Shown here piece by piece: positions 23,784 through 32,574 of a DNA stretch of 64,000 bases. This DNA comes from Diadema antillarum (lineage: Eukaryota), in the NCBI RefSeq assembly GCF_040938485.1, contig NW_027271335.1, positions 620,001 to 684,000 on the forward strand. The letters are read 5' to 3'. The position numbers and the translations under genes were made by a program. Under the pieces are notes generated by a model. It saw nothing but the letters and a program-made list of their open reading frames with translations. It ran no database searches and was not told the DNA's origin. The stretch's first letter is position 1. The number at the start of each line of letters is the position of its first letter.

Positions 23784-25536
23784 CACTTCCATCCTCATCC
23801 TTAGTTGACTTGTATTATACGCTTTATGTATTTAACAAAGATGTAATCACATCTACTTTTCACTTTCATAATTTTCTTATGTACCTTTTCAAGTTTTGTT
23901 CTGTATCACAAATGTCCTGTGTATACGCAATGTACATAAAGTTCTTTGTTCATTTTGATGGAGGTGAAAATAAAGTTGAAAGTTGATATAGAGAAATACA
24001 ATTTTACCTACTAAAAAGCAAAGCTTGGTGTTTATAGGTCCCAACAAAAAGCCTAGTGTGGAGAAGATGCGCGGGCCTGTTGCGAGTAGGGATTTTCCAG
24101 CACGCAGGAGAATTTTCTGCGGGCGGAAAAGTATGTTTGCGAGTTTCCTACTTGTGCCTTACTGCTAGACGCGTGCTACTTGCGTGTATTCCGTGTGACC
24201 TGCGTGAGAGCTTCGAAATCGACCCGTTTTCAGTTACGAGCGACACACGGGGACTGCGAAGTACCTGCGTGGGAGTCGCCTTTGAGGTGCTGCCGCTCAA
24301 AGGCCTCCTACTGGTGTTCTGCGTGTACCTCCGCGGGCAAACCCCGCGACTCACCCGGAAAGAGTTTTGCATGTGTAACCCCACCAAAATTTGGGTTACT
24401 AAGATTTCTCCAGAAATGTCGTCAGACTAGATTCCTACTTCCTTGGAAGACCCATGGTCACTGTTATCACCACCCCCTCCATTCATCCCTCCTCTGACGT
24501 CCGTACCCCACCTGTTTTCCAACAACCCCTCGACCAGTGTACTAGTAACCCCCAAGATTAGTCTTAAGATTTCCCCTTCAGCCTTTGACCCCAATAGCCA
24601 ATGTCCAATTGTAAGCCTGTGTGTATTGAGACTGGTCAAGCCCTGTGAAACGCCCCTGCTGGTGTTAGACTATGTAGGTGTAATAAAACTCAAGGATGGA
24701 GCAAGCTAGCCAGTCTAGGGATATTGTTTTAAGCACCCCTCCCTTTTGTTGGTGTGTAGGCACATCAAGAGAAACGAAAGGACCATGTCTCAGAAGAGGA
24801 AGGTCATTCTTGCTAGGACAAAGTAGTAGTTGCTTTGGGATTTAGGGACAGTGTCCTACCATGGGCAAAGCCTATACAGAGTGGACTGGTTCTAACTGTA
24901 GACCAACATTTTCTGTGACAATGACGTAGAGTGCACGTCTAGCCCAAATTCTGCCCCCTCCTATTCCTTTCTTCTCACATACCCCCCCCCCCCTAATTTC
25001 CAATGAACTGTTTAGGCTAGCTTTGCGTGTGCCTTAAAGTAGAGTAACTCCATACATTACTAGATTTACTTTGCTCGTGTTACCTTTTATATTACAGATA
25101 CTGTTGTGCTACTATGATCAATGGCTGAAAGGATATGACTTTTTGCAAGATTATTATTTGATATGTCATGTGTTCAGAACAAAGTGTGATCCACGCACTT
25201 CAGCATAAGAGATATGTATGTGCAGTGGTTATGTTTAATACATCATTTATGCAAATGAGATATAATTATGTCTCTATATTCTAATTGAGTGCTTTTATGA
25301 CTTATGCTATACGATTTGTCTAGTATGTTAACTAGATCGGTGTTTGCATGAGTATAAACAATGTGTTATATAGCTATGCTGGTTAGGCAGCAGCTCTAGT
25401 GACCAAGGTCACAGGAGTGCAACTTTAAAGCCCTGTAGGCAGAATGCTCGAGAGTGACTGGAAAGCCTGTCGTTACTGCCCTTGGTCAATGTTAAGACTT
25501 TGTCTGGCCAAGTGGATGGTCAGTACGTCAGTAATG

Positions 25537-25713
25537 TTCCTGGAAGTCAAGGGGAATGAGTGACCTCTAGCCAATGAGGCAGACTTTGAATGATGTCATA
25601 GAAACATGAACCAATGAAATTTCTGCTGGTCAGTTAACTTCCTGGAAGTTTCTGATTTTCTCGAGAAAGTTTGTAATATTAACATTTTACAGAGAGACAG
25701 AAAATTATAAAAG
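25537..25713 (+). promoter_or_regulatory. Putative LTR promoter: 2x TTCCTGGAA (STAT/GAS-type), 2x CCAAT, TGATGTCA, TTTCTCGAGAAA palindrome, TATAAAAG (present in all LTRs)
   Basis: TTCCTGGAA 25537 and 25639; CCAAT 25571 and 25611; TGATGTCA 25591; palindrome 25657-25668; TATAAAAG 25706. Confidence 0.6.
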
Positions 25714-25993
25714 CCCATAGCTTTGGAGCAAATAGGCATATCTGCTTCCTGCCAGCGCTTTGAGGCCTGCACCCACTTTGCTTGTTACATCGACTGTGTG
25801 ATCCAGAAAGTTTTTTCACACATTTATCTGCTGAGAGGTTACCACAAAACACTGGTAGACCCCCACAAGCATCAGCTGTATTGTTATATACAATTTTTAT
25901 GTGCCTGTGATACAACTGGTTGTGGCACGTACATCCACTGACTGCCGTGTGGAGCAACTTGTAGTGAAAACGAGTGTTGGCTCTTTTGACTAG

Positions 25994-27094
25994 GTAAGTC
26001 ATTGTATTTCTCATGTTATGTATTGCATTGGAGAGTGTTTGTAGTTATGAACCCCAATCCATAGACATGGAGGTTGCTTGTTAAGAAGAAGACTCTGATA
26101 TCATGTATATAAATTCCGAAGTTATCATATGTTATGCCAAAAGTATTGATGATTGATGATTGTTGCTTGTATATTATTTGAAGATATATTGCAATGCACT
26201 TCAAGGTATTTGCGCTTCGAATGTTTTATGAATGGACATGATTAGGCATACACTCAAGTTCATTATTAGACAGATGAAATTGGGAAACTGACTTGGCATT
26301 AGAAGTCAGATTTTAATTTGATTACATACATATTGAAATGCCCGGTAGACCCTCACACTCAGAGAAAGTGAGGCTATGCTCGTAAACATTGAGGTCTACA
26401 ATGTGCAGCACCCCCCCCCCCTCGTCTGAACTGACAGATTTATGTCCACTGACCGTTCCCTGTGAGTGACAGAGGTCACTGCACTATTGAATTGTGGAAT
26501 GTTTAACTCTAGAGGGGGAGGACTAGCCACTAGATGTGAAGAACCTTGCAAAGAACTAAATGTGAGGAATAGTTGTGCCATTGTGAATATAAAAAGGTTA
26601 TACATTCATGCTCTTTAGAATGTATACATGTTAACTGTACATGCGTGGTAAGGTGTACAACTGCTCAGTGTAATTATTGTGTGCGTGGAGCATTATTTCC
26701 ACTCAAACTATAATATTTGAATCGGAGTCACAATATTTGTCGACCCCAGATGAAGCAACTATACTGCCAGTCGATCAGATAGATCAAAGCTTTATTTGTG
26801 GCAGCAGTGTTGGATATAATTCAGGATGCTGAAAATGTTTAACTGAAGAGAAGTTATTCTGACCGTATTTAGCACCTGTATGTCAAAATGAATTGACAAA
26901 CATTTGAATGTATGTGACTGGAATTTGTATCTGTATTGTCTAATGCACTCATATATGTTTATGAGGCATGTATATGTAGAGACAATGTATCAGATCAGAT
27001 TTTGGAGTGGACTTCCATACTCCTGAAGAAATATTATTGATTAGAAAGACACTATATTAGGAAAGTCCTGTGTCTTATAAATTCTTTTGACTAG
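25994..27094 (+). other. Candidate GT-AG intron inside the LTR (1101 bp)
   Basis: AG|GTAAGT at 25992-25999; TTCTTTTGACTAG acceptor ending 27094; both junctions share TCTTTTGACTAG. Confidence 0.4.
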
Positions 27095-27367
27095 ATACAT
27101 ATTTGGACGAGAGCTTTGGCCAGCCTTTGCTTGGTTCAGCGTGACTGACGGCTACTGAGCATTGCATCAGCTACCGTGTACGACTGGTTTGCGACTACTC
27201 TGGGCTCGTCGACAGGATAACCGGCGAGAGAGACAAAGAGACAGCAACGAGTCGAAATATCGTCATACACTGGCAAATATTTAATTATGCTAATGTAACA
27301 AAGGTTACATTTGAGTCTGTGAACATATTGAATTGAATGATGTACTTTGTTGAACGACAAACAAGTT

Positions 27368-27373
27368 AATAAA
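27368..27373 (+). terminator. Putative LTR polyadenylation signal
   Basis: AATAAA about 90 nt before the LTR end, followed by T/GT-rich sequence. Confidence 0.5.
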
Positions 27374-27465
27374 GTTTGTCATTGGATTATTTTGTCAAAA
27401 CTGAATCCCAGGTGTGATATTCTTTATTTATGAACTCGGGAGTGTAACATTCGGGTTACATAAAT

Positions 27466-27483
27466 TGGGGGCTTGTCCGGGAA
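27466..27483 (+). other. Primer binding site, tRNA-Pro type (copy 1)
   Basis: TGGGGGCTTGTCCGGGAA, 16/18 to the MLV tRNA-Pro PBS TGGGGGCTCGTCCGGGAT, 5 nt after the LTR. Confidence 0.88.
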
Positions 27484-27637
27484 CTATAATTGTTTCTTAA
27501 TTGTATAATTGCATTTGTTTGGTGACACATGTTACCGAAACTGAGTCTTGGTTATCATTGTTGATTGTTACTGTTACATTCACCATTTTCGTTCTATTGT
27601 ACCAAAGAGCCAACACTCGTGTGCAGGAAACAAAGCG

Positions 27638-29071
27638 ATGGCAGGTAAAAGTTTGAAGCAGATTGGTCAGGATTGGTGCAAGAAGGAGGAGATTAGAGTA
27701 GAGAATGCCCTCCTACTTGCAACAGGTATAAAGACTGTGCCAACAGAGGTGTTTGCACTGGCACTGTCAGAGTTATATCCCACATTACTTGAGGTGTTAA
27801 GACGGGATGATCCCGATACAGGGGAAACATTGCTCCTGTGTGAATTCGAAGATGCAGTTGCTATGTTAGGATTACAGGCACAGATTGTCATTCCAGTAGA
27901 TGGGGAGACTATGTGCAGAGTAGTGAGGTTAGACGGTTTAGGACCAGTCAGAGGAAATAGGGTCAGTGTCAAGGACCTGAGGGAGAGAGGTTTAGTTAGG
28001 GAATGGAGAAAAGCAGGACGTAGAGCTCAGGAAGTCCAGTCTCAAGACATCCCTACTACTAACAACCTTCCACCCCCTTCCCCTGGTATCAGTGAACCAT
28101 CCATGTCCTTCCCTGATCGAGACATCCCAATTTTAGCAGCTTCACTAGCACGGTGTGGGCTGACCACAGGGTATCGGAAACTGCGATGCTTCTCTGGTGC
28201 AAAGACAGCAGCGCGTGATGAGGATAGCTACCCCATCTGGATAGAGCACGTTGAGAGCCAGATGGAGGAGTGGCAGACTCTGGATGATGCTGAGCGGCGC
28301 AAGCGCATTCGTGAGTCATTGCGTCCGCCTGCGTCAAGCATCATTACAGACCTTAGGCGTGAGAATCCCCAGGCCTGCTCTGCAGACTACCTCAGGGCTC
28401 TGGATCTGGCTTTTGGCGATACTGACACAGATGATGAACTGTTTGTCAGATTTCATCAGACAGTCCAGGCTGAAGGTGAGTCTCCCTCTGAGTATCTTTC
28501 TCGCTTACAGGAAGTCATGCGCCATGTGGTTAGGCGGGGAGTTGTCAAGCCACATGACGCCAACAAGGTGAGACTGCGACAATTCATCAGGGGCATCCTC
28601 TACCATGAAATGCTCCTAGTAAACCTACAGCTCAGGGAGCGCCTGGAGAAACCACCATCCTTCCTGGAACTCCTGTCTTCAGTGAGGAAGCAGGAAGAAG
28701 AGGAAAGGGTGAAGAAATCTCTGTCTGCCTCGAGACCCCCCGTTAGCCCAAAACCAAAGCAGGCTGCCCACCGTAAGGTAGAGCCCTCTATTCTGCCACC
28801 CCACGCAGCCCCTCAACCCCATGTCCTTCCCCAACCAGCACCTCCACCAGCACCCCAACCCACCAATAATCCCCCCAAATCTCAGTCGTCCCAGCAGAGT
28901 AATACTGGTGTTGTTTGCTTCAAGTGTGGAGAGGAGGGCCATATCAGTAGAAATTGCCAAAATTCTGTTCCCCCTGACGTACTGAGTAAAAGACTTGTCA
29001 ACTACATCCTTGGCAACCAGGGAAACGAGAAAGGGCGCCTGGGAAGGGGAAACCAGGGGCCCCAAAAATAG
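27638..29071 (+). CDS. PNMA-like Gag (477 aa from first ATG), copy 1
   Basis: DWC...NALLLATG N-domain; YRKLRCFSG...W...ERRKRIRESLRPPA capsid as in PNMA; CFKCGEEGHISRNC knuckle. The ORF-track start at 27548 is TTG; GCGATGG at 27638 is the likely start. Confidence 0.92.
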   Translation: MAGKSLKQIGQDWCKKEEIRVENALLLATGIKTVPTEVFALALSELYPTLLEVLRRDDPDTGETLLLCEFEDAVAMLGLQAQIVIPVDGETMCRVVRLDGLGPVRGNRVSVKDLRERGLVREWRKAGRRAQEVQSQDIPTTNNLPPPSPGISEPSMSFPDRDIPILAASLARCGLTTGYRKLRCFSGAKTAARDEDSYPIWIEHVESQMEEWQTLDDAERRKRIRESLRPPASSIITDLRRENPQACSADYLRALDLAFGDTDTDDELFVRFHQTVQAEGESPSEYLSRLQEVMRHVVRRGVVKPHDANKVRLRQFIRGILYHEMLLVNLQLRERLEKPPSFLELLSSVRKQEEEERVKKSLSASRPPVSPKPKQAAHRKVEPSILPPHAAPQPHVLPQPAPPPAPQPTNNPPKSQSSQQSNTGVVCFKCGEEGHISRNCQNSVPPDVLSKRLVNYILGNQGNEKGRLGRGNQGPQK

Positions 29072-29080
29072 ATTCTCCCC
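29020..29080 (+). other. -1 programmed frameshift signal gag/pol, copy 1
   Basis: In-phase G GGA AAC, 6-nt spacer, stem 29033-29042/29053-29062, loop GGGGA complementary to TCCCC 29076-29080; pol frame open from 28990. Confidence 0.8.
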
Positions 29081-32000
29081 CACTTGTTTCTAAAGTTGAG
29101 GTTTCCAAGAACGATGTTCCTGAAGGTTTAGTAGGAGATGCTATCAACCCAAAATGTTGGATAGATGGAAAGGAGACAAAATGCCTTCTTGATAGTGGGT
29201 CTCAGGTCACTCTTATACACAAGAGCCTTTTCGACACACTAGATAGGGAATTGCATGGACTGAGTGACCTAGTCCTGTACCATGGAGGAGATGGGACTAT
29301 GCCCTATCTGGGTTGGGCTTACGTCAACATAGGTTTTGAACGGTCATTTGCTGGCACAGGGACTGAGTTTAGTACATTGGCTCTTGTAGTACCAGACCCC
29401 CAGCGTCCCTGTGACCATAGAGTGATTATTGGCACTAATTCAGGACTTTTCAGGCACTGTTTTGAATCTTGTAGGAGGATGGCTGGAGCACGCTTTGCCC
29501 AGTCATTGCAGATAAGTGCTACCTGCAGGGATATCTACGCCAGCATATCGAAACAAGAGAAGGTGTCCCCTGATGGCAAATTGGGCACTGCTAGGACCAA
29601 GAAAGGACATAGCACGCAAATACCTCCCCACTCCAAATTGGTAATGACCGCCCAAATTAGGAATCCCCTGAAAGAAGAAATGACTGTTTTCGTAGAGTCC
29701 AATCCCCACAGCAGACTTCCAAGTGGGTTACACATAGCCCCAGGAGTACAAAAATTGTCAGGTGGTGCGATTGGAAAGGTAAGGGTGCTGGTGACCAATA
29801 GTAGCCCTGAGTCTATCACTGTCCCTGGCAACTGCCCAATAGTAGATGCCTATGTCCCCGACAAGTGTTTCCCTACCCCTAGTAGTTTTCCTACCCAGCC
29901 TCACAGTTACACCGAGGCAACCCATTCCCAAGTAGGTGCTAATGTAGGCGATAACACCCCTTCCCCTCAAGTTGACGTTAGTGAGCTGCCCATCAATTGG
30001 GGCCCGATTTCCCCGGAGTGGAAAGAAAGGCTGCTCAATCAGTGCAGGCAGAGGAGTGATGTGTTCTCCAGGCATGAATTTGACCTAGGCAGTACAGGCT
30101 ATGCGGAGCATCAGATTCGTGTTAACGATGACACACCATTCCGTGAGAGGTCTCGGAGGGTGCCTCCCTCTGATCTTAGGGACTTGCAGCAACATCTTCA
30201 ACAGCTGTTGGAGAACAACATAATTAAGGAGTCTAAGAGTCCCTATGCCTCTCCAATTGTGCTGGTTCGGAAAAAGAATGGTACTTTGAGAATGTGCGTC
30301 GACTACCGTACACTCAATTCTCGTACCATTCCCGACCAGTACACAGTGCCCCTGATACAGGAGGCCATTGATTCCCTGAGTGGCAGTAAATGGTTTTCTG
30401 TTATCGACTTAAAGTCGGGATTCTATCAAATCCCGATGCGTGAATCTGACAAGGAGAAGACGGCCTTCACTTGTCCTTTGGGGTTTTACCAGTTCGAGCG
30501 TATGCCCCAAGGGGTGAAGGGAGCACCAGCAACCTTCCAGAGGCTGATGGAGAAGTGCATGTCAGGTCTGAACATGTTAGAGGTGTTGGTGTACATGGAT
30601 GACCTGATAATCTTCTCCAAAACGCTGGAGGAAATGGAGGAGCGCCTGGCTAGGGTACTGGATAGGTTGCAGCAATTTGGCTTGAAGGTGTCCCCAGAAA
30701 AATGCCAATTTTGCTGTCAGTCGGTTAGGTACCTTGGTCATGTAGTCTCCGAGGCTGGGGTACAGACAGACCCAGACAAAGTGGCCGATGTAAGAACCTG
30801 GCCCAGGCCACAGACAGTGAGGCATGTCAAGTCTTTCTTAGGATTTGCTGGCTATTACCGGCGATTCATAAAGGACTATGCCAAGATTTCCCGTCCTTTG
30901 AACGCACTTACAAGTGGGTGCGTTTACCCCAGGAAGCGAGGACGTCCACCTCCAAAGAAAGATCCGAGCCCGGATGCACGAAAGGCAAGTGACCCCCTTG
31001 GTGATGCTTGGACTGAGGAGTGTGAGAATGCTTTTCAGGCTTTGAAGCATTGTCTGGTCACAGCCCCAGTCTTAGCCTTCGCAGACCTGTCAAAGCCCTT
31101 TGTGCTCCATGTTGATGCCAGCCGTGATGGACTGGGTGGTGTCCTGTATCAAGATCATGGAGGTAAGCTTCGTCCAGTGACATATGGAAGTCGGGGACTG
31201 TCCCACAGTGAGAAGAACTATCCAGCCCACAAGCTGGAATTTCTTGCTCTAAAGTGGGCAGTTACCGACAAGTTCAGGGATTATCTGTATGCAGCAAAAG
31301 GTGCGCGGGTTATGACTGATAATAACCCACTAACATATGTCCTGACATCGGCAAAACTCGATGCCACAGGACATAGATGGCTTGCTGCACTTTCCTGCTT
31401 TGATTTTTCCATCCATTATAAGCCAGGAAAGACGAACATTGAAGCAGATGTACTGTCACGGAAACCACATCCTCCCGGCCTCGACAAGGAGTTTGAGGCT
31501 CGCCAGCAGTGCAAGATTAGTGATCTGGAGGCAAGGCTGCATGAGACGTCAGACTCAGGTGAGAAAGTGTCCACACTCTCTGCCTTCTGTCAGACGCATT
31601 ATGTTTCAGCCAACTCTCCTCATAGAAGCCAGCCATACGTTGAGACCCTGTGTGCCAGTGCAGAGTCTATCCCAGGTCTGTATGCGAAGGGCTCAGACCT
31701 GAATGTAGTAGACTGGGCACAGGCTCAAAAGGCAGATCCGCAACTGAAACTAGTCAGGGATTATGTTGAACGTGGGGAGAGGCCACAGTCTTATACCGGC
31801 CTTTCAAGAGAGGCTGCCCTGATACTCCGCGAGTTCGACAGGCTAGTTCTGTGCAAAGGAGTCCTCTACAGAACTTTCACTGACTCCTTAGGGAACCGCC
31901 ATCACCAGTTAGTATTGCCTGCCCAGCGCCGTGTCGAGGCAATGAGGGGCATACACGACAGTGTTGGCCACCTTGGAATCGAGAAGTCCATAGCGTTGGC

Positions 32001-32574
32001 TAGAGACAGGTTCTACTGGCCAAAGATGAGTGCTGACATTACGGAGTGGGTCAAGCATTGCCCTCGTTGTATAGCAAGAAAGACTCCTCCAAAGCCAGCA
32101 GCCCCATTGGTGAGTATTCACACAACCAGCCCCCTGGAGCTGGTTTGCATGGACTTTCTCTCCCTAGAACCAGACCGCTCGAATAAGAAGTCTATCTTGG
32201 TAGTGACGGATCACTACACACGATACGCACAAGCCTTCCCAACGAAGGATCAGACTGCTGCCACTGTCGCCAAGGTCCTGTGGGAGAACTTCTTTGTACA
32301 TTATGGTCTGCCCCAACGCCTTCATTCTGATCAAGGTAGGGACTTTGAGAGTAAAGTGATCCATGAGCTGTCAAGGCTCCTCGGCATTAAGAAATCAAGG
32401 ACAACTCCTTACCATCCCCAGGGAGACCCTCAGCCTGAGCGTTTCAACAGAACGCTACTGGACATGCTAGGGACCCTGGAGGAGGAGAAGAAGGCAAATT
32501 GGAGCAAGTACGTAAGTGCACTTGTACACGCTTACAATTGTTCAAGGAATGACAGTACTGGTTTCTCACCTTAG
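29020..32574 (+). CDS. Pol (protease-RT-RNase H-integrase core), copy 1, ends at in-frame TAG
   Basis: CLLDSGSQVT lies upstream of the ORF-track start; YMDD; HVDASRDG; IHDSVGH..CPRC; CMDF, HSDQGRDFE, PERFNRTL. Confidence 0.95.
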   Translation, partial: GKRERAPGKGKPGAPKIDSPPLVSKVEVSKNDVPEGLVGDAINPKCWIDGKETKCLLDSGSQVTLIHKSLFDTLDRELHGLSDLVLYHGGDGTMPYLGWAYVNIGFERSFAGTGTEFSTLALVVPDPQRPCDHRVIIGTNSGLFRHCFESCRRMAGARFAQSLQISATCRDIYASISKQEKVSPDGKLGTARTKKGHSTQIPPHSKLVMTAQIRNPLKEEMTVFVESNPHSRLPSGLHIAPGVQKLSGGAIGKVRVLVTNSSPESITVPGNCPIVDAYVPDKCFPTPSSFPTQPHSYTEATHSQVGANVGDNTPSPQVDVSELPINWGPISPEWKERLLNQCRQRSDVFSRHEFDLGSTGYAEHQIRVNDDTPFRERSRRVPPSDLRDLQQHLQQLLENNIIKESKSPYASPIVLVRKKNGTLRMCVDYRTLNSRTIPDQYTVPLIQEAIDSLSGSKWFSVIDLKSGFYQIPMRESDKEKTAFTCPLGFYQFERMPQGVKGAPATFQRLMEKCMSGLNMLEVLVYMDDLIIFSKTLEEMEERLARVLDRLQQFGLKVSPEKCQFCCQSVRYLGHVVSEAGVQTDPDKVADVRTWPRPQTVRHVKSFLGFAGYYRRFIKDYAKISRPLNALTSGCVYPRKRGRPPPKKDPSPDARKASDPLGDAWTEECENAFQALKHCLVTAPVLAFADLSKPFVLHVDASRDGLGGVLYQDHGGKLRPVTYGSRGLSHSEKNYPAHKLEFLALKWAVTDKFRDYLYAAKGARVMTDNNPLTYVLTSAKLDATGHRWLAALSCFDFSIHYKPGKTNIEADVLSRKPHPPGLDKEFEARQQCKISDLEARLHETSDSGEKVSTLSAFCQTHYVSANSPHRSQPYVETLCASAESIPGLYAKGSDLNVVDWAQAQKADPQLKLVRDYVERGERPQSYTGLSREAALILREFDRLVLCKGVLYRTFTDSLGNRHHQLVLPAQRRVEAMRGIHDSVGHLGIEKSIALARDRFYWPKMSADITEWVKHCPRCIARKTPPKPAAPLVSIHTTSPLELVCMDFLSLEPDRSNKKSILVVTDHYTRYAQAFPTKDQTAATVAKVLWENFFVHYGLPQRLHSDQGRDFESKVIHELSRLLGIKKSRTTPYHPQGDPQPERFNRTLLDMLGTLEEEKKANWSKYVSALVHAYNCSRNDSTGFSP

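Larger units (their letters stand above)
20009..23986 (+). mobile_element. CR1/L2-group LINE B, probably 5'-truncated, young
   Basis: APE-RT ORF2, 3' UTR stem-loop, AATAAA at 23969 followed by GTTGAAAGTTGA tail. The left boundary is approximate. Confidence 0.9.
24374..27460 (+). repeat. LTR 1 (3087 bp)
   Basis: TGTAACCC...GGGTTACA 8-bp inverted termini; preceded by unique flank ending CATG; followed by PBS. Confidence 0.95.

Noticed and set aside
27003-27070. CTGAAGA...GGAAAGTCC in the LTR as a hammerhead
   Set aside because: Stem I cannot form, an AG insertion precedes GAAA, and the upstream bases fold into a competing GGAGT/ACTCC hairpin.
24427-27360. Short ORFs within the LTR (e.g. 111 aa and 62 aa antisense) as accessory genes or env
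   Set aside because: They recur only because the LTR is repeated. No domain, signal peptide or TM-plus-furin pattern, and one changes length with a poly-C indel.
30592-30603. YMDD active site as a sign of lentiviral or hepadnaviral affinity
   Set aside because: The YxDD second position varies in Gypsy; all other motifs and the domain order are Gypsy.
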